This document shows positions 30,955 to 41,177 of a stretch of 64,000 bases of DNA, in pieces; positions within the stretch are counted from its first letter, which is position 1, and each line of letters begins with the position of its first letter. The stretch comes from an uncultured Alphaproteobacteria bacterium (lineage in GTDB: Bacteria; Pseudomonadota; Alphaproteobacteria; Rhizobiales; Beijerinckiaceae). The notes below the pieces were generated by a model. That model was given only the letters and a program-made list of their open reading frames with translations, was not told the origin of the DNA and did no database searches. The stretch spans positions 13,183-77,182 of the forward strand of contig CAVULN010000046.1 of assembly GCA_963742305.1 (NCBI GenBank). The letters run 5' to 3'. The translations under genes were made by a program, and so were the position numbers.

Positions 30955-31437
30955 CTAAGCCCGCAACTTCCTCTTGAGCCAGTAGGCGAAGGCCTGGGAC
31001 ACAGCCTGCACCCGGCCCTGCAGGGCCTGCTCCGGCAGCGCCTGATCGGTCGGATTCGAAAAGTACGTCGAGACCGCATGGACCTGGATGGTCCTGCCGC
31101 CGAGGGTCGCGACGCCTCGCATGGTGTCGGGATCGCCCGGCCCGCCGCCGCCGAGGTAGAGCGTGTCGACGCGCACGTGAAGCGGCGGCCCGCCGGGGGC
31201 GCCGGACCCCAGAACCCGGGCGAGCGCGGCTGGCAGATCCTGCTGCGCCCAGCCCGCCGTCGGATTCCCGACATAAGCAATGAGCGGCGACGTATCGACA
31301 TCGATCGCCCCGATGCCAAATCCGGAGGCGCCCGCCGGCTGAACGCCTGCGGTCGGCGTGTTGCAGCCGCTGAGGCCCGCGGAAGCGAAAGCGCCGAAAG
31401 TGAAAAGCGCGGCGCGGCGCGTCAAAGCATTTTGCAT
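30955..31437 (-). CDS. Hypothetical Tat-type lipoprotein
   Basis: LTRRAAL twin-arginine, lipobox LSGC. Confidence 0.65.
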   Translation of the reverse strand: MQNALTRRAALFTFGAFASAGLSGCNTPTAGVQPAGASGFGIGAIDVDTSPLIAYVGNPTAGWAQQDLPAALARVLGSGAPGGPPLHVRVDTLYLGGGGPGDPDTMRGVATLGGRTIQVHAVSTYFSNPTDQALPEQALQGRVQAVSQAFAYWLKRKLRA

Positions 31438-31527
31438 AACGATCTCCCCTGACAAATATCTTCTGCTTCGGCGCGCGCGGCGCGCCGCTCTTCAACCTCC
31501 GAGCCTCCGCGGCGTCTCCTTATCCGC

Positions 31528-32259
31528 TCAGTAGCACGGCGGATAGGGATAGTAGCCGCATGCGGGGGGCGGCGGAGGAGGAGGATAATACGGGTACCCG
31601 TAGGGATGATAATAGGCGCTCGCGGCCGCCGCGCCGACCGCCGCCGCCCCGACCGCTGCGGCGCCCACCGCCGCGCCGCCCCAGCCGGGATGACCGTACC
31701 AGGCGCCATGCCATCCGCCGCCCCCGGCGACGAATCCCCGCCCGCCATAGCCGCGCGCGGCGAACCAGTCGATGAACAGCGAAGCGGGGCCCGTCGCCTT
31801 CGACAGGCTTCCTTCGAGCACGGACACCTGGAAAGTGAGAGTCTCGCCCTCGAGTTTGGGCGACTTCAGGACAACGACGGCGTCCTCGACGGAATCGCCT
31901 TCCGCGCTCAGGACCGATATCGTCGCGTTGGGCGGATTTTTCGCGAAGCTGTCGCTTCCTTCATCCCACTCCCTCAGGAAGTGCTTGGTCAGGACATGTC
32001 CGGCCGCCCGGAAAGGACGATCGGCGAAGACGATCGAGTTCGGCGACACGCCGGTCAGGGTCAGGACGCCGCCGGTAAGAGCGGCGCCCCGGGAATTGAT
32101 GACCGCGAGCGAGGGAATCATCGCGTCCTTCGCCGCTTTCGGCTGGCCGATCGTCTTCTGCCCCGGCGCGGAGATCGCGTCCTCGGCCGAGGCGGCTATC
32201 GGCGCCGCCATAAGAGCGACAAGGCCGGCGCAGAGGCCGATCGCAGCAGTGTTGAGCAT
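31528..32259 (-). CDS. Secreted hypothetical protein with Gly/Ala- and Pro/Tyr-rich tail
   Basis: Signal peptide; FADRPFR..G, F..NPPNA, SLFID domain; (GAAAV)x3 and PPPPPPPACGYYPYPPCY end. Confidence 0.75.
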   Translation of the reverse strand: MLNTAAIGLCAGLVALMAAPIAASAEDAISAPGQKTIGQPKAAKDAMIPSLAVINSRGAALTGGVLTLTGVSPNSIVFADRPFRAAGHVLTKHFLREWDEGSDSFAKNPPNATISVLSAEGDSVEDAVVVLKSPKLEGETLTFQVSVLEGSLSKATGPASLFIDWFAARGYGGRGFVAGGGGWHGAWYGHPGWGGAAVGAAAVGAAAVGAAAASAYYHPYGYPYYPPPPPPPACGYYPYPPCY

Positions 32260-32469
32260 CAACGGTCACTCCTGTCCGAACATTCCAGGCTCCATCTCCG
32301 ATGCGTGCGCATTCTGATGGACTTTCCGCTTCCAGTCGCAGGAGAACCCAGCCCTGCTTGAGGGCCGACTCCTACATCGGTTTCGCTCACCGCGCCAATG
32401 TGAAGCCGTCCGGATCGCCGCCAATCAGGAGCCTGAGGGAGGCGTCGAGCCGCCGGCCTCGACGCGCCC

Positions 32470-33453
32470 CTATCCGCCCTTCCCCCATTTCCCCGGCCAG
32501 GGCGTCTCGGGCACGGGGGTCAGCGGCGGCTTGCCGTCGGCCCAGGCGAACACATTGTCGATCACGCATTGGGCCATCGCCCGGCGGGTCCTGACCGACG
32601 CCGAGCCGACGTGGGGCAGCAGCACCGCGTTGTCGAGCGCAATCAGCTCCTTGGGCACGTTCGGCTCGTCCTCGAACACGTCGAGCCCCGCGGCGAGGAT
32701 CCTGCCCGTCCGCAAAGCCTCGATCAGCGCCTTCTCGTCGACCAGCGAGCCCCGCGCGATGTTGATGAGCACGCCGTCGGGGCCGAGCGCGTCCAGAACC
32801 TGCGTGTTGATGATGTGGCGGGTGGCCGGGCCGCCGGGCGCGACGACGATCAGAACGTCGGCGGCCTTGGCCATGTCGATCAGCGAGGGATAGTAACGAT
32901 GAGCGACGTCGGGCTGGGGGTGGCGGCCGTGATAGACGACGTCGAGCCCGAACGCGCTGACGCGCCTCGCGATCGCCTTGCCGATGCGCCCAAGCCCGAG
33001 AATGCCCACGGTGCGGCCCCTCAGCGAGGGGCTGAGCGGATAGCCGCCCTTGGCCGCCCAGAGGCCCGCGCGCAGATGCCGCTCCGCCTGCGGCAACTGG
33101 CGCACCGTCATGATCATGAGCCCGAGGGCTGTGTCGGCGACTTCCTCGTCGAGCACGCCCGGCGTGTTGGTGACGGTGATTCCGAGCCTCCCCGCGGCCC
33201 TGGCGTCGATATTGTCGTAGCCGACGCCGAAACTCGAGATGATCTCGAGATGAGGGAACCGGCGCATATAGGCCTCGTCGACTGGCGCGTGCGCGCCGGT
33301 CATCGCGATCGCCCGGATCCGCGGCGCCCATTCGGCGAGCCACTGGTCGGGGTTGGGCTCGAGCCACAGCCGGTGCAGCGTGAGCCGCGCGCCGATCTCG
33401 TCTTCGATCAGCGCCATGCCCTTGGAGGGCATCAGGACATCGGTGGATTTCAT
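32470..33453 (-). CDS. D-2-hydroxyacid dehydrogenase (glyoxylate/hydroxypyruvate reductase-like)
   Basis: FGVGYD, GILGLGRIG, INIARG, LDVFEDEP, LPHVGS. Confidence 0.92.
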   Translation of the reverse strand: MKSTDVLMPSKGMALIEDEIGARLTLHRLWLEPNPDQWLAEWAPRIRAIAMTGAHAPVDEAYMRRFPHLEIISSFGVGYDNIDARAAGRLGITVTNTPGVLDEEVADTALGLMIMTVRQLPQAERHLRAGLWAAKGGYPLSPSLRGRTVGILGLGRIGKAIARRVSAFGLDVVYHGRHPQPDVAHRYYPSLIDMAKAADVLIVVAPGGPATRHIINTQVLDALGPDGVLINIARGSLVDEKALIEALRTGRILAAGLDVFEDEPNVPKELIALDNAVLLPHVGSASVRTRRAMAQCVIDNVFAWADGKPPLTPVPETPWPGKWGKGG

Positions 33454-33509
33454 CGCTTCCCCCTTTCCCGCTTTCGCAAGCCCGCCGGACGTGGCACACG
33501 CCCTCGCCC

Positions 33510-34707
33510 ATGACCAGCCTTGAGGGCGCACACGAAGCTTGGCGGCGCCCGCGCGTGCGGCGCGTCATGCTCAACGATTTCCGCTCTTACGCCGCGCTCG
33601 ACCTTTCGCTTCGCGGCGGCCTCGTCGTCCTATGCGGCGAGAACGGCGCCGGCAAGACCAATCTCCTCGAGGCGCTGTCGCTGTTTGCTCCGGGACGCGG
33701 CCTGCGCCGGGCGGAGCTTTCGGAATGCGCGCGGAGCGGCGGCTCTGGCGGATTTGCTCTCTCGATCGAGGTCGAGGAGGAGGCCGAAACCCATCAGCTG
33801 GGCTCCGGCTGGAAACCGGGCGCGAGCGGAGAAGCGGCCGAGCGCTCAAACCGCATCGACCGCATGGCCGTCGCCTCGTCGCGCGCGTTCTCGGACCACG
33901 TGCGCGTCGTCTGGCTGACGCCGGCGATGGATTCGCTGCTCTCCGGGCCGGCGTCCGAGCGGCGCCGCTTTCTCGACCGCTTCGTGCTGGCGATCGACCC
34001 CGGCCACGGCGCGCGGGTCTCCCAGTTCGAGCGGGCTTTGCGCGGGCGCAACCGGCTTCTCGAGGAGGGCGGGCGCAACGGAGCCTGGCTCGACGCGATC
34101 GAGCGCGAGGCGGCCGAACTCGGGGTCGCGGTCGCCGCGGCCCGGCTCGACTGCGTGCGCCGGCTCGAGGGGCTGATCGCCGCCGGGCGCGACGATTCCT
34201 CGCCCTTTCCCTGGGCGAAGCTTGCGCTTCAGGGCGAGATCGAGCCGACGATCGAGAGCGGGCCCGCGCTCATGGCCGAAGACCGCTACCGGGCGCGTTT
34301 GCGCGACAATCGCCGCCGCGACGCCCTGGCCGGCCGCACGCTCGATCGGCCCGCATCTCTCCGATCTTGCGGTCTGGCACGGGCCGAAGCAGGCGCCGGC
34401 GGCGCATTCCTCGACCGGCGAGCAGAAGGCGCTGATTGTCGGGCTGGCGCTCGCCCATGCGCGGCTCGTCACGGAAATGTCGGGGATCGCGCCGCTCGCG
34501 CTCCTCGACGAGATCGCGGCCCATTTCGATCCGCGCCGCCGCGCCGCGCTCTACGACGCGCTCGGGAGCCTCGGCGGCCAGGTGTTCCTCACCGGCGCCG
34601 ACCCGGCCGTGTTCGCCGAGCTCAAGGGCCGGGCGGAGATGTTCGAGGTTTCGGCGGAGACTGGCGTGAGGCTCGTTTCAAGCGTGGCCGGCGTCGGAGG
34701 GGGCTGA
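33510..34707 (+). CDS. recF: DNA replication/repair protein RecF; frameshift near 34343
   Basis: [46 protein letters not shown]. Confidence 0.92.
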
Positions 34708-34709
34708 AC

Positions 34710-35603
34710 CTACCAGAGCTGCCTTAAGGTGAAGCGCACGGTTTGCGAGTAAGGCTCGGTCGCGGGCTTGGCGACCACACGCTCGTAGTTCAGCCCCATA
34801 TCGGCGCCGCGCCACAGGCGCAGTCCCATGCCCGCCCCGATCCGGAGCGTGTTCGCCATGTTGTCCTGATCGATCCCGTCGATGGCCGTCTCGCCGCCGA
34901 GATTGTAATAGGCGTCGGCCGAGAGCCAGAGCGCGTCCGTGACATTGCGGCTTAGGTGCTCCTCGAGCCGAAGCAGCGGTCTCTGCGACAGCGTTTGCGC
35001 TCCGTTGACGAGATAATTGTCATTGTTGGTGAACACGCGGCCCGAAAAATAGGTCTCGATCCAGGTCCATCCCTGATCGGGCGTGTAGCTGAAATTGACG
35101 GTCGGCGAGATCATCCAGCGGTTTGCGCTCGGGTTGATCGGAGAGGTCGGACTGTATGTCCCGAGCGGCGTCGTCACCAAAAGATGGAAGCTCGAAAAGG
35201 TCTGGGGCACGAAGGACTGGAACTGCTCGCGGGTCAGCGCAGGCCCGCCGAAAATGTTCATCTGCCAGAGGAAGCCGACGTCGGAGACGCCGTTCGTGCT
35301 GGCGCGGAACGGGCCGGCGCTGGTGTCGATCAGCGCATAGGGGAGAACCAGCGAAAAGCCTCCGGTGCGGCCCCAGTAATCCATGATGCGGGTGAGCACG
35401 ACCGACTGGGCGAACACGTTCGAGCGAACGCCGGGGATCGTGTCCGTCCCGTCCTCGGGGGTCAGCGAGGTCGTGTAGCCGGCGTTATAGGTGAAGAGCC
35501 AACTGTCGACCGGGGCGTTGAGGTAGTCGCGCGCCGAGCCGGCGTGGGCGGCGGCGGGCCACAGCGCCGCCGCGACGCACGCACTTACGAAAAGTCGCTT
35601 CAC
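34710..35603 (-). CDS. Outer-membrane beta-barrel transporter (SphA/MetA-pathway-like)
   Basis: GTG start with signal peptide ending AHA; amphipathic strands, PLGTY....IN..ANRW motif, terminal aromatic W. Confidence 0.75.
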   Translation of the reverse strand: MKRLFVSACVAAALWPAAAHAGSARDYLNAPVDSWLFTYNAGYTTSLTPEDGTDTIPGVRSNVFAQSVVLTRIMDYWGRTGGFSLVLPYALIDTSAGPFRASTNGVSDVGFLWQMNIFGGPALTREQFQSFVPQTFSSFHLLVTTPLGTYSPTSPINPSANRWMISPTVNFSYTPDQGWTWIETYFSGRVFTNNDNYLVNGAQTLSQRPLLRLEEHLSRNVTDALWLSADAYYNLGGETAIDGIDQDNMANTLRIGAGMGLRLWRGADMGLNYERVVAKPATEPYSQTVRFTLRQLW

Positions 35604-35682
35604 CGGAGATCCGTTTGGCGCGCGCAATCCAGCCCCCCAAAGCGCGCGCCCAATCGGCAGGCGCGCGCCCGTCGAGCGACGC

Positions 35683-37336
35683 TTACGCCCGCCGCGAGAA
35701 GGCGATGTCGTCGTCGATCACCGCGCCAGGTCCGACCGGAACCCGTCCGGGCCTTGGCTGATGAAGATTGTGGAAGACGATCTTGTCGCGGTGCACCTTG
35801 CGCAGAAAATCGGCGAACACGTCGATCGTCAGTTGCTCGCCGGGGCAGCGCCGGTAGCCGAAGCCGAACGGCGCAAAACCGGCGTAGTCGCAGAGCGGCG
35901 CCGGCTTTCCGTCGGTCACCGCGAACACGGTGCCGAAACCGCTGTTGGTGATGTCGGTCTTGCGCCCGTCGCTGACGGGGAGCGTGGTGATGTCGAACGG
36001 GCAGCGCGGCAGGCCGATCTGCTTGCATTTGGCCTCGTCGATCTCGGCGCTGGTCGGCACGCCGAGATAGCGTTCGGGGTCGAACCGGTCAGGCTCGTTC
36101 CAGAGCCGCGGGTCGAAGCTCGTGTCGGTGTGCGGCGTGTTCATGTAGGAATGGCGCTCGTAGGGAACCCCGAACTGGGCGAACGGGGAGCCGCCATAGA
36201 AGGATCCCGCCCGCGCGTCGGTGATCGCGGAAATGCTGCCGCCGTTGGGCGAAATGGTGCGGAAAAGCTCCATGACGAGAAGCTCGATGGGCGTGTAGGG
36301 CTTGCCGTTGGCGTTGTCGAAGTCGCCGCTCATCGTTTTGCTCGAACGCCGCGCGCACCGCCGGATCGCCGCCGTTCTCGTTGAGGCGCGTCATGATTCC
36401 GAAGATCGAATTGCCCCACTGGCTCAGCGCCACGAAATTGTGGAAGCATTCGAAGACGACGTCCCTCTTGGCGAAATATTTCCCGTCGCCGGCGTTCTTG
36501 AGCCAGTAATAGGCGATCGTCTTGTCGGCGTCGGCGATCCGGCCTTTCTCGATGTCGTCGAGCCTCTCGTCGATCCACTCGGTGAGGAACGGGCGCAGCG
36601 CGCGCACGGTCATGTAGTTTTGGTAGACGATCTCGTGCAGGGGGTTGCGGTAGGCGAGCACCGTGTTGAAGGCCTCGCCGATCGTGCGGACCTGAGGCGG
36701 CACGGCGTCGCCCTTCACGCCGAGATGCAGATCCCAGTAGATGTCCCAGTAATCGTCGAGATAGTGGCGCATGAACGGCTTGTCGGCATGCTGCGGATCG
36801 AACAGCTTGTCGAGAAAGTCGACCACCTTGGCCTGATATTTCGGCGCATAAAGGTCGGGGGTGACCCCGGCGAAATAGATGCGCTTGCGCAGGTTGTCGG
36901 GGCCGCGATTTTCGAGGCCTTCGAGAAAGACGGTCACGCCGTCCGAAGGCGTCGGCTTCCAGTCCTCGTACAGCATGCCCCAGAAATCCCAGGGGATCGC
37001 GTCCTGCTTGGTGAGCGGCAGGTCGATCATCGGCAGGATCGGGCGCTCGCCCGCGAAGATGCTGCCGAGAAAGAACGGAACGACGGCGTTCTCGACATAG
37101 TCGCGGTCGAAATGGCTCGGGATCGTGGCGCGAAACTTGGCCAGCGCCCCCGACAGGTCGGGCGCGTCGGGCGCCGCTGCGGCCTGGGTCGCGGAGAGTG
37201 CGCCCGCCGCGACGGCGGCGGCGCCGAAAAGCAGCGCTCGCCGCTCAAGTGAAACTTGTGTGAGATTATCCGCGGCAACCTGGAGATCATTGGAAGGATC
37301 TTCGGCGCAATCTGATGGTTTCTTGCACTCGGTCAT
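35683..37336 (-). CDS. Cytochrome P450-like protein with Tat signal (about 550 aa); frameshift near 36340
   Basis: AGGAGG SD; LERRALL+hydrophobic+AxA signal; ExxR (ELFR), DP..W..PDRFDPERY, heme motif FAPFGFGYRRCPG. Confidence 0.8.
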
Positions 37337-37375
37337 ACCGTCTCCTCCTAGACAACAGCAATTTTAGACTTGCGC

Positions 37376-37390
37376 TTACAACGGTTGTAA
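37376..37390. promoter_or_regulatory. Palindromic operator upstream of the P450 gene
   Basis: TTACAAC-G-GTTGTAA perfect inverted repeat in an AT-rich promoter region. Confidence 0.55.
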
Positions 37391-37496
37391 TCATGACGCT
37401 TTAATGACCGTTCGCCGGCCAAAGTACAGGCCGATCAGGTAACGCAGTCAACCGGCCGTTGGAGGGATCGCTTTGGCGCCGGCTAGCCTGAACGCC

Positions 37497-38099
37497 TCAC
37501 GCGTGGCCGGCGTCGGAGGATAGCATCCCTTCGTCGACGCCGAGGATCGCCAGCGCCCGGTCGTATTTCCGGTCGAAATCGAGGTCGAAGATGAGGCCGG
37601 GGTCGGCGGGGCAGGTCAGCCAGCCGTTGGCCAGGATCTCGCTCTCGAGCTGGCCTGAGGCCCAGCCCGCGTAGCCGAGCGCCAGCACCGCCTGCGACGG
37701 GCCCTCGCCGTGAGCGATCGCGCGCAGGATGTCGAGCGTGGCGGTCAGGCAGACCTGCTCGCCGATCTTGACCGTGGAATCATTGGCGCCGTAGTCGTCG
37801 GAATGGAGAACGAAGCCGCGCCCCGTCTCGACCGGCCCGCCGCGCAGCACGCGGACGCCCTGCGCGCTGGGCGGCAGGCGGATCGCTTCGGTTTCCGGCA
37901 CAATGTCGAGCTGCGCCAGCAATTGCCCGAAGTCGATCTCCTCCGCCCGCTGGTTGATGACGATGCCCATGGCGCCGTCGTCGCGATGGGCGCACATATA
38001 GACGACCGAGCGGGCGAACGGGCCTTCCCGAAGCGAGGGCATCGCGATCAGGAACTGTCCTTCCAGGCTGGTCGGCGGCGGGGGGTCAGCCCGTTTCAT
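37497..38099 (-). CDS. YqgE/AlgH family protein
   Basis: [39 protein letters not shown]...NGW. Confidence 0.95.
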   Translation of the reverse strand: MKRADPPPPTSLEGQFLIAMPSLREGPFARSVVYMCAHRDDGAMGIVINQRAEEIDFGQLLAQLDIVPETEAIRLPPSAQGVRVLRGGPVETGRGFVLHSDDYGANDSTVKIGEQVCLTATLDILRAIAHGEGPSQAVLALGYAGWASGQLESEILANGWLTCPADPGLIFDLDFDRKYDRALAILGVDEGMLSSDAGHA

Positions 38100-38180
38100 G
38101 ATCGTCTCTTAAACCTCGCGCCCGCACGCGCGATGCACTGAAGCTAGTCGAAATTTGCGACATGGTATAGGCGGGAAGAG

Positions 38181-39011
38181 ATGAGCGCAGGACGGTTGGC
38201 GGAGAGGCTTTGCGCCGCGGCACGCGCGCCCATGGGCGCCGCGCTCGCCTTTGCCGTTCTGGGTCTCCCGGCGTTCGCCGATCCGTTCTCGACCGATTGG
38301 GCTCAAACCGCGAAGTCTCAGGCGCGCCTGATCGCGGCGGGCCGCGACCTCGCCGGGTTCGAGATCGCCCTTTCCCCCGGCGCGATCACCTACTGGCGCG
38401 ATCCCGGCGACGCCGGCCTGCCGCCGACGCTGGACTTTTCCGCCTCCGACAATGTGGCGAGCGTCGAGACGCTCTTTCCCGCGCCAAGGCGCATCGCCGA
38501 GGCCGACGGCGGGGAGGCGTTCGGCTACGAGGGCGGCGTCGTCTTTCCGCTCAGGGTCAAGCCGCGGGACCCGGAAAAGCCGATGACGCTGAGGCTCAAC
38601 GCCGATTTCGCGGTGTGCGAGAAGGTTTGCCTGCCGGCAAAGGCGCATCTGGCGCTCGAGCTCCCGTCCCTTTCGCCTTCTCCCTACGCGGAGGCGCTTC
38701 GAGCGGCGCTCGCCCGCGTCCCGCGCTCCGTTCCGCCCAGGGATTTCGGGGCGTTCGAGGCGGCCGGCGCGGACGCCTGGCGCCTCTGCTCGGCCCATCA
38801 GGCCGGCCCGCCGCGCGACCTGTTCGCCGAGGCCCCCGAGGGCTGGTGGATCAAGGTCAAGCCCGCCCCCGCCGAGGGCGCGGATGACTGCTTCACGCTC
38901 ACGGTCGGCGGCAAGCCGAAAGACGCCGCCCTCCCCGTCGCGCTCAGACTGACGCTGACCGGCGGCGCGGGGCCGGTCGAGACGACGGTCGAAGCCGGGG
39001 CGCGATCTTAA
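38181..39011 (+). CDS. DsbD N-terminal-like (protein-disulfide reductase) domain protein
   Basis: TYWRDPGDAGLPP, FPAP, CEKVCLP. Confidence 0.85.
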   Translation: MSAGRLAERLCAAARAPMGAALAFAVLGLPAFADPFSTDWAQTAKSQARLIAAGRDLAGFEIALSPGAITYWRDPGDAGLPPTLDFSASDNVASVETLFPAPRRIAEADGGEAFGYEGGVVFPLRVKPRDPEKPMTLRLNADFAVCEKVCLPAKAHLALELPSLSPSPYAEALRAALARVPRSVPPRDFGAFEAAGADAWRLCSAHQAGPPRDLFAEAPEGWWIKVKPAPAEGADDCFTLTVGGKPKDAALPVALRLTLTGGAGPVETTVEAGARS

Positions 39012-39020
39012 GTTCCCGTC

Positions 39021-39425
39021 TCAAGACATCCCGTTCTGATCGGCCCGGAAGCAGTCGATCTCGACTTCGACCAGCCACTCGGGATCGATGAACCGCGCGA
39101 CCCCGACAAAGGTCGAGGCTGGGCGAATTTCGCCGAAGACCTCGCCGTGCGCGCGGGCGGCTTCCCGCCAGCGATCGATGTCGGTGAGCATCACGCGCGT
39201 CCGCGCCACATCCTCGATTCGTCCGCCGGCCTCCTCGATCGCCCGGAGAGCGATGGCGAGGCAGGCCCTGGTCTGCCCATAGACGTCGCCCGGGCAAGCC
39301 GCCCGGCCGTCGGCGCCGATCGGCGCGGTCCCCGCCACCGCCAGATAGGGGCCGCAGCGGACGGCGCGCGAGAATCCGATTTGAGGCTCCAGAGGGGAGC
39401 CGGACGAGACAAGCCGGCGAGGCAT
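39021..39425 (-). CDS. RidA family protein
   Basis: SSGSPLE..IGFSRAVR, VAGTAP, RPAST, WLVEVE. Confidence 0.9.
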   Translation of the reverse strand: MPRRLVSSGSPLEPQIGFSRAVRCGPYLAVAGTAPIGADGRAACPGDVYGQTRACLAIALRAIEEAGGRIEDVARTRVMLTDIDRWREAARAHGEVFGEIRPASTFVGVARFIDPEWLVEVEIDCFRADQNGMS

Positions 39426-39550
39426 GAGGCGGTCTCCAAGGTCAATGGCCCGCTCCTGCGGGCGAGCGCGGCCCAGGGTCAATCCCGGCCCTCGCCTCGC
39501 CTCCGCCCGCGGTTTCTGTATAGTGCCGAGCGACCCATCCGGAGTCGTTC

Positions 39551-39781
39551 GTGCCCGCTCAGTTCCCGCAATCCTTGGCGACGCGCTTAAGCGCGCTCGC
39601 AATAGTGTTCGCGCTCGGTCTTGGCGGTTGCGGCCGGTACGGCCCGCTCGAGCCTCCCGGGACGAGCGCCCCCAAACCGGCAAGCTCGAACCCCGGCGGC
39701 ATGAACGGGCTCTCCCACCCGGCGATCCCGCCGATCGTCCCGCCGAAGCAGCCGTTCTTCCTCGATCCCCTGCTCAAATAG
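39551..39781 (+). CDS. Small lipoprotein (LptM/YifL/LppL-like)
   Basis: LGGCGRYGPLEPP lipobox motif, FFLDPLL end; conserved position upstream of lysA. Confidence 0.8.
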   Translation: MPAQFPQSLATRLSALAIVFALGLGGCGRYGPLEPPGTSAPKPASSNPGGMNGLSHPAIPPIVPPKQPFFLDPLLK

Positions 39782-39794
39782 ACGCTTTTCGCGA

Positions 39795-41066
39795 ATGCAG
39801 CCTTTTTCCTATCGCGACGGCGCCCTGCATTGCGAGGACGTCGCCCTGGCGGCCATCGCGGGCGCCGTCGGAACGCCCTTCTATTGCTATTCGAGCACCG
39901 CGATCGAACAGAGCTTCGAGGCCTTTCGAGCCGCGTTCAAGGGGCAGAACGCCGCGATTTTCTACGCCATGAAGGCCAATTCGAACCAGGCGGTGCTGAC
40001 GACGCTGGCGAACCTCGGCGCGGGCATGGACATCGTGAGCGAGGGGGAGCTGAGACGGGCCTTGGCCGCCGGCGTTCCCGGGAATCGCATCATCTTCTCC
40101 GGCGTCGGCAAGACGCTCGCTGAGATGAAGCTGGGGCTGAAGGAGAAAATTTTCTGCTTCAACGTCGAATCGGAGGCGGAGCTCGAGGCGCTGTCGCGCG
40201 CGGCCTCGAGCCAGGGCGCCGTCGCGCCGGTCGCCATCCGCGTCAACCCGGACGTCGACGCGCTGACCCACGCCAAGATCGCGACGGGAAAATCGGAGAA
40301 CAAATTCGGCGTGCCGATCGCGCGCGCCCTCGACGTCTACGCCCGCGCCCGCGCGTTGCCGGGGATCAAGGTCGAGGGGGTCGACATGCATATCGGCTCG
40401 CAGATCACCGATCTTAAGCCGTTCGACAACGCCTTCGCCCTGATGGCCGAGTTCGTGCAGGCGCTCAGGGCCGCGGGCCATGCAATCGAGCATGTCGATC
40501 TCGGCGGGGGCCTCGGCATCGCCTACCGCAACGACAATCACCCCCCGCCGACGCCCGAGCAATACGCGAAGGTCGTCGCCGCGCGCATGGCCACGCTCGG
40601 CTGCCAGATCATTCTGGAGCCGGGGCGCGCGATCGTGGGCCAGGCCGGCGCGCTGGTCGCCTCGACGCTTTACCTCAAGAAGGGCGACAACAAGCGTTTC
40701 GTGATCGTCGATGCGGCGATGAACGATCTCGTGCGGCCGACGCTCTATGACGCCCACCACGACATCCTGCCGGTGAAAGCGCCCGAGCCGCACGCCGCGC
40801 ATCTCGCCCGAAGCGACGTGGTCGGCCCGGTCTGCGAAAGCGGCGACTATCTGGCGCTCGGCCGCGACCTGCCCGAACTCGCCGCGGGCGACCTCATCGC
40901 GGTGATGAGCGCGGGCGCCTATGGCGCGGTGCAGGCCGGAACCTACAACACCCGCCTGCTCGTTCCCGAAGTGCTGGTGAAGGGGGCCGAATACGCCATC
41001 GTGCGGCCGCGGCGGACTTACGACGAATTGATCGGCCTCGACACACTTCCGCCGTGGTTGGGGTGA
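39795..41066 (+). CDS. lysA: Diaminopimelate decarboxylase
   Basis: YAMKANSN, HIGSQI, DLGGG, EPGR, GPVCESGD, AGAYG. Confidence 0.97.
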   Translation: MQPFSYRDGALHCEDVALAAIAGAVGTPFYCYSSTAIEQSFEAFRAAFKGQNAAIFYAMKANSNQAVLTTLANLGAGMDIVSEGELRRALAAGVPGNRIIFSGVGKTLAEMKLGLKEKIFCFNVESEAELEALSRAASSQGAVAPVAIRVNPDVDALTHAKIATGKSENKFGVPIARALDVYARARALPGIKVEGVDMHIGSQITDLKPFDNAFALMAEFVQALRAAGHAIEHVDLGGGLGIAYRNDNHPPPTPEQYAKVVAARMATLGCQIILEPGRAIVGQAGALVASTLYLKKGDNKRFVIVDAAMNDLVRPTLYDAHHDILPVKAPEPHAAHLARSDVVGPVCESGDYLALGRDLPELAAGDLIAVMSAGAYGAVQAGTYNTRLLVPEVLVKGAEYAIVRPRRTYDELIGLDTLPPWLG

Positions 41067-41177
41067 GGCTTGGGGGAACGGGAATCGGCGCCGGGCGTTT
41101 GCTTTGAGCGCCCACTCGAAATTCGCTCAAAAATCGCGCATAATACGGGCTCGCCAACGACGGATCGCGGCATTGCG

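Noticed and set aside
33510-34707. recF outside a dnaA-dnaN-gyrB cluster
   Set aside because: Separation is common in Rhizobiales
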